DNA of 52,261 nucleotides, taken from a virus. Lineage: Duplodnaviria > Caudoviricetes. Every line of letters begins with the position of its first letter. Positions within the stretch are counted from its first letter, which is position 1. Shown here one piece after another: positions 1-8,867 of the stretch. A program made the position numbers and the translations under genes. The notes under the pieces were generated by a model that worked only from the letters and a program-made list of their open reading frames with translations, did not search any database and was not told the origin of the DNA. The stretch is taken from positions 1 through 52,261 of IMG/VR virus record IMGVR_UViG_3300005804_000108; one strand, given 5' to 3'.

Positions 1-1059
1 TCAGAACGTTCGTTCTATGTACTTCTTATGCGACTTAAATGTCGTATGTGTGTAAATCTGGGTGGTACTTATATCCTCATGTCCCATCATTTCCTGGATG
101 GCTCGCAGATCCGTTTCATTCTCCAAAAGATGGCTCGCGAAACTATGTCGCAGGATGTGCGGGGTGATCTTTTTATGAGACAGGCCCGCCCGTCTTTTGG
201 CTCCGTTGAAGGCCGTTTTGCAACTGCCGATGTTATCCCAGACATAATCCTTTCCGCATTCCATCAAGCGTTCTTCCAGAAATCCTTTCAAGCGACTTGT
301 CGGGCTGGAGCTGATCGGAACGATACGGGTTTTGCTTCCCTTTCCTTTGACGCGGATCATTCCTTCTTTGATATTGATATCACAAGGGCGTAGGCTTCGG
401 GCTTCTTCAGATCGCAACCCTGCCTCATAGAAGGCACAAAAAAGACTCTTATGAAACAGATCGAATGCATTGTCGATTATAGCGTCGATTTCTGCGCGGC
501 TGGCCACAACCGGATTTCTTTTATCGACCGGCATCATCTGGATTCTGAACCGGATCGGATTGCAAAGGGCTGGAGTTTCACCGGCGCCCCACTTAATCAG
601 TGAGCTAAGGCACATCAACTCAAGGTTGATTGCTCTGTTAATTTGTTTCTTTTTCGGGATGGGAAGGCCTTTTTTCTGGGCTTTAAGAATTGCCTTATTC
701 AATGCCATAGCCAGGCGCTTCGTTTTGTATTGTTCAATCAGAGGGGATGTTATCCTATCCGGAAGCATGCTCCCAAAAAACGGGACAATATAGTTGTCCA
801 GCATTCGGGGCTTATCGTTTTTGCCCTGGACATTGTTATTCATCCAGGACTTATATTTGATCGCCACGGCGGCGATCGTGTAAGGCATTGTTTTCTTTTC
901 TACGCCCAATTCCGCGCGCAGACTTGCTTCAATTGCCTGCGCATCCAATTCAGACGCACAGCTAACACGCCGGCGCATGCGTTCATCGCCAACACATATG
1001 CAAATATCGAATTTACCGGCTACGACAACTCCTTTGATTTTAACTTCTTTGGTCGTCAT
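1..1059 (-). CDS. int: Tyrosine recombinase / prophage integrase
   Basis: Catalytic motifs GLRSEE, KGKGSKTRIVP, HILRHSFASH, GHEDISTTQIY; N-terminal arm-binding-like extension. Confidence 0.95.
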   Translation of the reverse strand: MTTKEVKIKGVVVAGKFDICICVGDERMRRRVSCASELDAQAIEASLRAELGVEKKTMPYTIAAVAIKYKSWMNNNVQGKNDKPRMLDNYIVPFFGSMLPDRITSPLIEQYKTKRLAMALNKAILKAQKKGLPIPKKKQINRAINLELMCLSSLIKWGAGETPALCNPIRFRIQMMPVDKRNPVVASRAEIDAIIDNAFDLFHKSLFCAFYEAGLRSEEARSLRPCDINIKEGMIRVKGKGSKTRIVPISSSPTSRLKGFLEERLMECGKDYVWDNIGSCKTAFNGAKRRAGLSHKKITPHILRHSFASHLLENETDLRAIQEMMGHEDISTTQIYTHTTFKSHKKYIERTF

Positions 1060-1228
1060 GTCTTTTTGCCTCTTGTTTTTTTCGGAATTTTAAAAGGATT
1101 CCTTTCGATATTTCATCAACTTCAACCGGAGACAGGCGGTGATTCTCAGACAAGCCCATCGCATCCATGATTATATTCACCTTTCTTTCAAGCCGTGCAA
1201 AGTCATCGGGCGTTACTGATGTTGCCAT
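1040..1228 (-). CDS. Small hypothetical protein overlapping int start (positional excisionase candidate)
   Basis: ORF 1040..1294; likelier ATG at 1228 (MATSVTP) with purine-rich SD. Confidence 0.45.
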   Translation of the reverse strand: MATSVTPDDFARLERKVNIIMDAMGLSENHRLSPVEVDEISKGILLKFRKKQEAKRHDDQRS

Positions 1229-1235
1229 TTTCCTA

Positions 1236-1508
1236 TTACTCCACTTTGACCAGGTAAAATTTTGATTTATTCTGTAACTTTTGTCTAATACCATCCTGAT
1301 ATAATTTTTCTCTGTGGGATCCGGATGCGATCCATGCGGTTATTGCCGATCCGAAAAAAGAACCGATTATAAGACCGATCAACAGGAATAATAATTTTCC
1401 GTTCATTTCAAAACAGCCCTCATTGACGCTGCCTGCCCAGCATTCCGGCGTTGTCGGGTCGTAGTATTTATTGTTTTTGCTTTGGTTGCGTTCATAATTG
1501 ATCCTCAT
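1236..1508 (-). CDS. Hypothetical membrane protein
   Basis: Single hydrophobic segment LLFLLIGLIIGSFFGSAITAWI; in early operon. Confidence 0.5.
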   Translation of the reverse strand: MRINYERNQSKNNKYYDPTTPECWAGSVNEGCFEMNGKLLFLLIGLIIGSFFGSAITAWIASGSHREKLYQDGIRQKLQNKSKFYLVKVE

Positions 1509-1564
1509 TTTTGTTGACGTTTTTCCCGCTGCTGGTTGCAGACTTCGGGCCTATTCAGGCGGCA

Positions 1565-1606
1565 CGCTGGCCTGATCCGGAAAGGGAGTAACGGATCAGA
1601 CCAGCG
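1565..1606 (-). other. 15-bp RNA hairpin with pyrimidine-rich loop
   Basis: Minus strand CGCTGGTCTGATCCG-TTACTCCCTTTC-CGGATCAGGCCAGCG; the single DNA mismatch is a G-U pair on the minus strand. Confidence 0.5.
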
Positions 1607-1802
1607 GCCTTATAATCATCCGCTTAGGGCGAGGCAGGAATAGAAGAGATGCTCTTCTCTGGAAATTTGTCACTATTCCTGTCTCTACGGCTTTTTGCAC
1701 CCGGGAGCAGGTGCACCGTTGTGAGTATGGTTGCCTAAGTTCATCGGCTGTAGCGTACCGATGACAGTCTCCCCGCACTAAACGGATGATATTTCCAAAG
1801 AT

Positions 1803-2066
1803 CTACGCCGCCTTTTTGTTTTGGCCAGTTACCGCAACTCTGTACGCCCATGCGCCGGCGGTCAGTTGACGGCGGGCTACTTCCAGGCCAAAGGGTTTCA
1901 GGGCCGCGCGAATTTTATCCATCACGTCTGCGTAATATCTCAAATGCAGTCCGCGCTGGATCCTGACGCTGGACACTTCGCCCTCTGTGAGCAGGGCCTC
2001 ATAAATTTTTCTTTCCGGAGTTCCCCACGAAAACATGTTTTCCGGAGTCGGGACGATAATCGGCAT
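1803..2066 (-). CDS. Hypothetical protein, possible winged-helix
   Basis: GGAGG SD; helical IYEALLTEGEVSSVRIQRGLHL followed by beta-hairpin-like end. Confidence 0.55.
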   Translation of the reverse strand: MPIIVPTPENMFSWGTPERKIYEALLTEGEVSSVRIQRGLHLRYYADVMDKIRAALKPFGLEVARRQLTAGAWAYRVAVTGQNKKAA

Positions 2067-2229
2067 GATAACCTCCCTTGATGCTGTTACACATCATTGT
2101 CAATCCTGCGGCTAACAGAATGCAGATGCCACCGGCCAGTGCAATGATAATGACAATGCGGAGCATGACGCTGAACGCGGCTCCGGATGCGTTGTCAGAG
2201 AAAATTTTCAGTTTAGATATTGACTTCAT
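1999..2229 (-). CDS. Hypothetical membrane protein
   Basis: Hydrophobic VMLRIVIIIALAGGICILLAAGL; overlaps both neighbours. Confidence 0.4.
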   Translation of the reverse strand: MKSISKLKIFSDNASGAAFSVMLRIVIIIALAGGICILLAAGLTMMCNSIKGGYHADYRPDSGKHVFVGNSGKKNL

Positions 2230-2392
2230 TCAGCACATTTTCCTGTCTACGAAGTTTTTTAATCTCTGCCCGAAGATTTTTATTTATCCGGGCGATGGAT
2301 CGATATCCTGATTCCAGGGCGGCGTTACGTTTCACCAGTGCAGCGATTTTCTCTTCCTGGATGATAATCGTATGGATATTCCGACGTGTCAT
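2213..2392 (-). CDS. Small coiled-coil hypothetical protein (59 aa, below ORF-track cutoff)
   Basis: ATGA overlap with the CII-like stop; MTRRNIHTIIIQEEKIAALVKRNAALES... Confidence 0.5.
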   Translation of the reverse strand: MTRRNIHTIIIQEEKIAALVKRNAALESGYRSIARINKNLRAEIKKLRRQENVLNEVNI

Positions 2393-2886
2393 TGATGGAC
2401 CTCGCAGGCGCCTATCAGTTCAAGAATTTTCTGAATTGCGTGGTAACTTTCCCATTGAATTTTTTTGTACTCCTCCGCGCATATTTTTCCGTCGTTATTC
2501 AAAGCCTTCTCAATTTCCTGCAAAAATTCGCCGAATTCTTTCAGGGCCTGGATAGTGAGTATGGCAATGTCCTTTGTTTGCCGGCTACCCGTTGGCGGAA
2601 GCTGGAAGGCAATGCGGCCCAACGATTTTTCGATAAAATCGAGCACAAGAAAACTCTTCGACGCCAGAACGAGCGCTTCAATGCGATACGCCGGCATAGG
2701 AGCTCCGGACTCACCGTCCAGGGCATATCTGGTCAGCGTGCTGGGCTCGATTCCCATCGCGTCTGCAATGCGACGCAGGGGAACATTGTTATGATGCACC
2801 GTCTCATAGATTGCATCCGGCAGCGTCGCGATAGTGTGGATGTCCGTCTTTTTCTGCTTTGTCATAAGTCCCTCCAGTTTATTCAT
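2389..2886 (-). CDS. Phage regulatory protein, CII family (186/CP76-like)
   Basis: HTH LRRIADAMGIEPSTLTRY; C-terminal ALKEFGEFLQEIEKALNNDGKICAEE pattern; downstream of cro. Confidence 0.7.
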   Translation of the reverse strand: MNKLEGLMTKQKKTDIHTIATLPDAIYETVHHNNVPLRRIADAMGIEPSTLTRYALDGESGAPMPAYRIEALVLASKSFLVLDFIEKSLGRIAFQLPPTGSRQTKDIAILTIQALKEFGEFLQEIEKALNNDGKICAEEYKKIQWESYHAIQKILELIGACEVHQ

Positions 2887-3151
2887 TTACCGCGGCGGCC
2901 ATGTCTGCGCTCGCGGCTTCGTGCGACAGATTGTCATAGAGTTCCGGCCAGAACGTGACCATGGAAACGCGAAGATAATCGGCAATTCGCCGGTGTATAC
3001 GATACGACGTCCCGCCGCCGGAAATGGCATGCTGTATGGCCGCCGGAGTATAGCCCAGGGCCCTGGCTAGTCCGCGCTGATTGATTCCCTTGCGTACTAA
3101 TACTAATTTTCTATTGATTATATTATTGTTTTCGTTTACAGTTTCGGGCAT
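2879..3151 (-). CDS. Cro/Ner-like HTH regulator
   Basis: GINQRGLARALGYTPAAIQHAISG...IADYLRVSMVTFWPELY (Ner-like ending); divergent from repressor. Confidence 0.8.
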   Translation of the reverse strand: MPETVNENNNIINRKLVLVRKGINQRGLARALGYTPAAIQHAISGGGTSYRIHRRIADYLRVSMVTFWPELYDNLSHEAASADMAAAVNE

Positions 3152-3292
3152 TATATTGTTTCCTTTCGGTGCACTGAGGTATCATCAGTACGAGGATAAG
3201 TTTTTGAAAAATTGATATTTTTAATTTCGATCAGTTTTTTTCCGAACAGAAAATACTGCCGAACGGTTATTGAACGCGACGATAAGGAGGAA

Positions 3293-3574
3293 TTGTCTTT
3301 GAGCGCCGTCAACGAATTATTATCACTACTTGATAAGATACCTATATGGAAACGCATTTCTCACCTTCCAGATGAAGTGGACGCCCTAAAACAACGCATT
3401 GCCAACCTGGAAACCATGCTGTCAGGCGGCGGCGACCTCTGTCCGCGCTGTAAAAAGCCGACATTCAATTTAACGGACAGCAGACCAGATGAAACATTTG
3501 GAGCCGTCGGCGTATCTAAAAGAACTTACTTATGCTCAGATTGTGGATTCACCGAATCCAAGCTATCTGAATAA
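3293..3574 (+). CDS. Zinc-ribbon/coiled-coil protein between cro and cI
   Basis: AAGGAGG just before an in-frame TTG at 3293 (short spacing); CPRC...CSDC. Confidence 0.65.
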   Translation: MSLSAVNELLSLLDKIPIWKRISHLPDEVDALKQRIANLETMLSGGGDLCPRCKKPTFNLTDSRPDETFGAVGVSKRTYLCSDCGFTESKLSE

Positions 3575-3639
3575 TTTGGTGCTTCAGTGTTAATGTTGGA
3601 CAATATGTATATCATAAATTCACATAAGTCAACAAAAAT

Positions 3640-4281
3640 ATGCAAAATAGCATAATATTATCAGACATAATACAAAGAATAAAAGATATCAAGCGCTTAA
3701 AGAGTGACGCGCAAGTGGCAAATCAGCTCAATATGACGCGTAACGACTTATATGGATTTCAGCGACGTAAAACTTTGCCATTAAAAAATATACATGATTT
3801 TTGCACGCGTGAAGGAATCAGACTAGAATATATCATCAATGGCGTCATGCCTGTCCATGGAAACGATCCCGGTCCTTGGCCGAAGATACCCGGACACGGT
3901 TTTGGAACACGAATTAATAATGAAACTCAACCAGACTCTCAGATTGTACGCGAACTTCAGCCTGATTATTCATCCGAGACCCCGCCTGATATTTTACTTC
4001 AGCAAACCGCGAAAGTCTTACATACAAAATCGGTCTACAAAGACGCCCTGGACAGCAATATAAAAGCATTTCATGCGGCCGTAGAAATGCAAGAGGAACT
4101 CAATATTACCAAAGCAAAATTGGCTCAGTGCATCGATCTCATAAACAAACAGCAGGTAACGATACAAGAGCAAAAACATGAGATGGAAGATATAAAAACG
4201 GAATTTCAGCAAGAAATCCATTCGCTCAAAGAAGCCATGAATACGATGCAGGACCGGCTTAAGTCTATGGACGGCGGGTAA
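3640..4281 (+). CDS. CI-like repressor (N-terminal HTH, C-terminal coiled coil)
   Basis: IIQRIKDIKRLKSDAQVANQLNMTRNDLYGFQRRKTLP...GIRLEYIING resembles the phage CI repressor HTH; no S24 peptidase domain seen. Confidence 0.75.
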   Translation: MQNSIILSDIIQRIKDIKRLKSDAQVANQLNMTRNDLYGFQRRKTLPLKNIHDFCTREGIRLEYIINGVMPVHGNDPGPWPKIPGHGFGTRINNETQPDSQIVRELQPDYSSETPPDILLQQTAKVLHTKSVYKDALDSNIKAFHAAVEMQEELNITKAKLAQCIDLINKQQVTIQEQKHEMEDIKTEFQQEIHSLKEAMNTMQDRLKSMDGG

Positions 4282-4417
4282 GTGTTAAGTTAGCCCGTCC
4301 GGAAATTCGTTGGGCGGGAAGTTGTAAAATATATAGTCCCTGGAAAACATTTTTTATTGCAGTTATCACGATTGGCGGTATTATCAGGCGCACAGCACCA
4401 ATGATTGTATTACTGTC

Positions 4418-4807
4418 GTGAGGAGACAACAACATGATGAGATTTTCTTTTTTCTTTTTCTGCATTGGTTAGCCATCCTCATCACGGGATGCGATCCGGC
4501 GACGTCATCTTCCGTTCCGCGTCTTGATATCGGGCAAGAGGGAAAAATAATGTGCGGACCGGATATATGCGTCGTTGCTGCAACAGAAAATAGCTGGCGT
4601 GAACATAAAAAAGCATTACGTGCGGGTGATACATACGGCGGCGCCGATCTATTGATGTCAGGTAAAATATTCGTCGTGAAGCAAGGCACACGTGCGCTTG
4701 TGGTTGATTATAATCCGTCGACGGCGCTGTCGAAGATCCGGATCGTCGAAGGAAAGGGCAAAGGCCTGGCAGGATGGGTGCCGTTCGAACACATTACCAG
4801 TCAATGA
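4418..4807 (+). CDS. Putative lipoprotein moron (start uncertain)
   Basis: Lipobox-like LITGC; SH3-like C-terminus KIRIVEG...GWVP. Confidence 0.55.
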   Translation: MRRQQHDEIFFFLFLHWLAILITGCDPATSSSVPRLDIGQEGKIMCGPDICVVAATENSWREHKKALRAGDTYGGADLLMSGKIFVVKQGTRALVVDYNPSTALSKIRIVEGKGKGLAGWVPFEHITSQ

Positions 4808-4826
4808 CACTAATAGAGGTACACTC

Positions 4827-5264
4827 ATGAACCAAGCTCATGCAATCACCATATTAATTATAATTATATGCGTTATGGGCGTGATCTTTGCCGCAAGGTT
4901 ATCAAAATCAGGAAATTTTGCCGGAGTTGACCGAGAATGTCTTTTGTGTGGTTACAAAGGAACAATGAAAACATGGTTGCTAAACTATGGACTGCCACAA
5001 TTCACACTGATAGTACTGATGCTATTTTACGTCATACCGGGATTGATTTTTCTCGGGTGGGCCTGGGGAAAGTATAAATGCCCAAAATGCGGAGCACTGG
5101 CCAAAAACAAACCGTACGAAGATCAGAACAGAGGCATAGAAAACATTTCAGGCGTTGTCATTGGACAAGATAAGCAATGCCCCTACTGCGCCGAGACAAT
5201 CAAGGCAGAAGCCATTAAATGCCGGTTTTGCGGATCGATGCTCCAGGAAGAACAGAAAATATGA
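4827..5264 (+). CDS. Membrane protein with zinc-ribbon motifs (moron)
   Basis: GAGG SD, ATG 4827; TM segments; CLLC/CPKC and CPYCAETIKAEAIKCRFCG. Confidence 0.7.
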   Translation: MNQAHAITILIIIICVMGVIFAARLSKSGNFAGVDRECLLCGYKGTMKTWLLNYGLPQFTLIVLMLFYVIPGLIFLGWAWGKYKCPKCGALAKNKPYEDQNRGIENISGVVIGQDKQCPYCAETIKAEAIKCRFCGSMLQEEQKI

Positions 5265-5296
5265 ATCCGCTTGACTTAATACAGGAGAATGTACTT

Positions 5297-5779
5297 ATGC
5301 GTATTTTAAAGATTATCATAATTATCTCTTTATTTTTTATCATAAGCTGCGGATGGAAAAATACCTGTTTATTGTATAGTGAAACAAAGACTATTATTGG
5401 AATAGAAAAAACTTCTGTTGTTGGCTCCGGTATGATTGATAAAAGATATGTTAGGCTAGACCCACAATGCTTAAAAATGTATTATGAACCAACAGGACTT
5501 AATCTGACGCTTTTTAAAAGAGAACCGACAACAATATATTATGAGCCAATAATATATAATTCCCCCATAGAGAGCGAATTACTCTATGCTGGTCGAGAAG
5601 GAAATACATTGCACATAACATATCGGGAATACACAGTTAAAGGAATGGCAAGAACTCCTTTCTTTCAAAATCTTTATTATGATTTAAGTCAGTCAAATAA
5701 GATTGTTTTTCAGAATTGGATTATCCAAGTTATTTCGGCGGATAATCAACAGATAGTGTTTCAAGTTATAGCAGAATAA
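5297..5779 (+). CDS. Putative lipoprotein moron
   Basis: AGGAG SD, MRILKIIIIISLFFIISC lipobox; AT-rich. Confidence 0.65.
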   Translation: MRILKIIIIISLFFIISCGWKNTCLLYSETKTIIGIEKTSVVGSGMIDKRYVRLDPQCLKMYYEPTGLNLTLFKREPTTIYYEPIIYNSPIESELLYAGREGNTLHITYREYTVKGMARTPFFQNLYYDLSQSNKIVFQNWIIQVISADNQQIVFQVIAE

Positions 5780-5780
5780 A

Positions 5781-6095
5781 TTGATCATCAACTTCACCTT
5801 GACCATTTTACTCATCGTTGCCTTGATTTTTCCGACACCGTTTTCGACCCTGGTTGCCCCGCCACGCTCCGAAGTAGCACAGAGGGATACCAACGGCAAG
5901 ATCAAGAGATCGGCATCGGAGAAGCGAGATTTCCGACGCGACAACCCTTGTCCGGCAACGGGCCGAACAAAAGGTTCCTGCCCCGGGTATGTTATCGATC
6001 ATGTCATCCCGCTAAAGCGAGGCGGAGCGGATCGTACGGAAAATATGCAGTGGCAAACGATAGAAGAGGCCAAAGAAAAGGACAAATGGGAGTAG
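5781..6095 (+). CDS. HNH-signature protein with N-terminal signal/TM segment
   Basis: CPATG...CPGYVIDHVIPLKRGGAD...NMQWQ. Confidence 0.75.
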   Translation: MIINFTLTILLIVALIFPTPFSTLVAPPRSEVAQRDTNGKIKRSASEKRDFRRDNPCPATGRTKGSCPGYVIDHVIPLKRGGADRTENMQWQTIEEAKEKDKWE

Positions 6096-6138
6096 ATTAT
6101 CAAAATCTCAGGCGCACCGGAATAATACTTTAGTTCAT

Positions 6139-6537
6139 TTAATCCAGCGGAAATGCCGGCAGGGCTGCGAGCAATTCCGCCTCGGTTGTGATTGTATTGG
6201 TTCCGGCCTCGATGGCGGCGAGTAGCGATAAGCCAAACGACCAGACCGCCTCGCGCCAGGCTTTGAATGCCGTGCCCTCAGTGCGCCATTCCTCAACAGT
6301 GCTGTCCGAGTACGATACGGCCGAAAGAATATGATCGTAACCATAGACCACGGCTTTTTCGTCCATGTGGACCTGCATCAGATCGATGATGCGCTTTTTC
6401 TGCTTTACGATGTCGATAATCCAAGCGTCGTTTTCCCAGGTATAATCCGGTCCCGGACGTTGCACCACGGCCAGATCCGAAGGGTCGATCTGGTCGCCTT
6501 CGTAATAACTGCCGTCTTCTTTTATGAAATATTCCAT
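6139..6537 (-). CDS. Tail fibre assembly/chaperone-like protein
   Basis: Follows fibre gene; PGPDYTWENDAW and GYDHILSAVSY...AFKAWREAVW patterns. Confidence 0.65.
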   Translation of the reverse strand: MEYFIKEDGSYYEGDQIDPSDLAVVQRPGPDYTWENDAWIIDIVKQKKRIIDLMQVHMDEKAVVYGYDHILSAVSYSDSTVEEWRTEGTAFKAWREAVWSFGLSLLAAIEAGTNTITTEAELLAALPAFPLD

Positions 6538-6540
6538 GAT

Positions 6541-7923
6541 TTAAAAATTCCTTTCTGCAAACATTTCGTAGGCCCAATTAGCTGCAGTCAACGTCGTGTT
6601 CCCACCGGTCGACTGGTCCGGCTGGTACTTAAAGTTTAGGGCATAAAACTGAAACGCATTTCTACTTGTAATTACAGGGTGTGTGATCGCCTGTACGTTA
6701 CTCGTTAATTCGCTCATCGGATGGCTGATAATAGATCCAACCGTATAGTTTCCTTCTGTCGTAAGGCATTTTAGCCTTAGTCCCGGTTTAATTAACGTCG
6801 TTCCGATTCGATGATTCTTGCTGGTCAGGGTCGCGATCGGTAATGTACTTGTATATCCGGATTGGTATCGGCCATTATAAGCATAGGCCACGGTGCTTGT
6901 TACTGTTGATGTTCCGGTCACGGCCTCGCCAACAAATACTAGATTGGTGGCAACCGCGGACGTACCGTTGCCCAGATACATTTTGCCTTCCTGGATATTA
7001 TATGTCGCCTGACCATTGGTTACGGACGGCGTGCCGGCAAATTGGTAAATGGGAGCCAGGGCGGTAAATCCGGTGGTCAGGATACCATTGGCGATGGTCA
7101 CATATAAATAGAGTGTTGCGCTGGCCGTGAGGCTTGACCATGTCAGATTTGATATAGAAATACCGATGTTGTTGATTTCGCCATTGCTATTAAAGCCATT
7201 GGCCGCAGAGACAACCAGTGGCGCCGAGCTGGTAATGTTCTGGGTGGTAAGGCTCAGCGACGTGGAGGTTGACGGAAGAAACGATGGAAATCCGCTGGTA
7301 TCGACCGGACCGCCATGGATGGTCTGACGAACAGACGATTTGTAATTTATGAAATTCGTTACGGTAAGCGTTTCGATTATCGCCTCACCTATCGCCATTT
7401 CATCGATGTCCTTTAATGCGCCGAGGACAAGTGCTTTATTTGCCGATGCAATTCCGGAGACAACCCCCGCAAGATTATTCAGCTCAGAGACAATAGCCGT
7501 AAGCCCTGAAAGCGCAATCGGCCCGGACAGCGTAACCGTCCACGATGCCAGCGTTCCGCTGCCCGACACGTTTGTCACATTGACCACCAGAGCCCCGGTG
7601 CTCGAATTATACGACGTCACGATCCCGTGCATCCAGTTCGACGAACTATTAGCAATCATCACCGGATTTCCCGGCCAATAACTCTTTGACGGCCCGACAG
7701 TCAGAGATTTTGACCCCATTCCAATTGCCAGGCTGGTAGTTGACGTGGACATGGTGGCGTTGAGAGTCATGGCGGCAGCCAATGCGTTTAACTCCACAGC
7801 CAGCGCGTTCATCTGCAAGATTCTCGACGCTTCTTCCCGCAGGCGAACATCTCTGTCAGCCGAAAATGTTGCCGGGTTCTGCCGGCTGGGCGTTGTCGTG
7901 TATGGCGTGATTTGCGTTGTCAT
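6541..7923 (-). CDS. Tail fibre / receptor-binding protein
   Basis: Ser/Thr/Gly-rich beta protein at distal end of tail operon. Confidence 0.75.
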   Translation of the reverse strand: MTTQITPYTTTPSRQNPATFSADRDVRLREEASRILQMNALAVELNALAAAMTLNATMSTSTTSLAIGMGSKSLTVGPSKSYWPGNPVMIANSSSNWMHGIVTSYNSSTGALVVNVTNVSGSGTLASWTVTLSGPIALSGLTAIVSELNNLAGVVSGIASANKALVLGALKDIDEMAIGEAIIETLTVTNFINYKSSVRQTIHGGPVDTSGFPSFLPSTSTSLSLTTQNITSSAPLVVSAANGFNSNGEINNIGISISNLTWSSLTASATLYLYVTIANGILTTGFTALAPIYQFAGTPSVTNGQATYNIQEGKMYLGNGTSAVATNLVFVGEAVTGTSTVTSTVAYAYNGRYQSGYTSTLPIATLTSKNHRIGTTLIKPGLRLKCLTTEGNYTVGSIISHPMSELTSNVQAITHPVITSRNAFQFYALNFKYQPDQSTGGNTTLTAANWAYEMFAERNF

Positions 7924-8858
7924 TATATAACTCCTCTGACTTCCAGGTCTACAGCGGTGTATGTATTATTTGAAATCACCGGGCCGAAGGTGCGATAGAT
8001 GCCGTATAATGTCAGGCATTCGTACGTCTCCTTTCCCACCCAAACCAGCAATTCTGAATCGTATAAAGCCATTTGATGGAGCACGAAATCAATAATTGTG
8101 TTTTTGACATAAAGCTGCCCCTGAAGTTTTTTTCTGCTGGCTCTTTTTGTGACCGTCCATGTTCCAAATGTTTCGTTTTCGTCGATTGTGGAAAAGCTTT
8201 CCAGGCCGGGCTGAACGCCTAACCTCAGCGCGCCTATTTCCAATTTTAAGCCGACGACGATAACGCCGCATTTTGCCGTTCCGCCGGTATTGGTTACGGT
8301 GACAGTGACGGTCGCATCCGGATAAGGAGGCAATCCGGACTGCGCCAGATTCAGTTTTGCGACGCTTGTGGCCCAGATAATCGGCTCAAACCAATACGTG
8401 TATTCATCGACAACGTTGATCGTTGTGACAAGATCGATTGTTTGATTATAGACCACACCTTCCGTTGGATCGGTGACGGTGATTGTTACGCTGGTTGCCT
8501 CAAGGTTCAGGATGGCGATGGCATCAATAACGCCCGGAGCCAATACCCAGGTCATAGACGACGCCTGCTGAGCCTGCGTCCCGACAACCTTGTCAAACGG
8601 TTTCCACCTGTTTGTCGCCGATACTTTCATCCATTTCGGCGTTGTGGCCAGCACATCGACTTCAGGCGAGCTTCCGCCTGTCACATTGACCAGGGCTTCA
8701 TATATTTCGTGGACGCCGGCGGTTGTGACTCTTACGGTATCCTTTGCCGTGTATGCAGTGATCACAGACCACTCGCCCTTCGATCCATCTGTTTCCGGAA
8801 CGGTGCACGATACAAGCATTGCGTCCGTTATTGCTATGGGCCTGATAATAAATAACAT
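7923..8858 (-). CDS. Tail tip (distal tail-like) structural protein
   Basis: Directly downstream of tape measure; beta-rich. Confidence 0.65.
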   Translation of the reverse strand: MLFIIRPIAITDAMLVSCTVPETDGSKGEWSVITAYTAKDTVRVTTAGVHEIYEALVNVTGGSSPEVDVLATTPKWMKVSATNRWKPFDKVVGTQAQQASSMTWVLAPGVIDAIAILNLEATSVTITVTDPTEGVVYNQTIDLVTTINVVDEYTYWFEPIIWATSVAKLNLAQSGLPPYPDATVTVTVTNTGGTAKCGVIVVGLKLEIGALRLGVQPGLESFSTIDENETFGTWTVTKRASRKKLQGQLYVKNTIIDFVLHQMALYDSELLVWVGKETYECLTLYGIYRTFGPVISNNTYTAVDLEVRGVI

Positions 8859-8867
8859 CTGTTTCTC

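Noticed and set aside
1-1059. Host XerC/XerD acting at dif (also 51188-52249)
   Set aside because: The C-terminus is XerD-like, but both proteins have phage-type N-terminal extensions, and the paralogue sits beside a tRNA-derived att; no dif site recognised
3601-3632. Leftward lytic promoter with TTGACT -35
   Set aside because: No convincing -10 hexamer at 16-18 bp spacing, so it was not called
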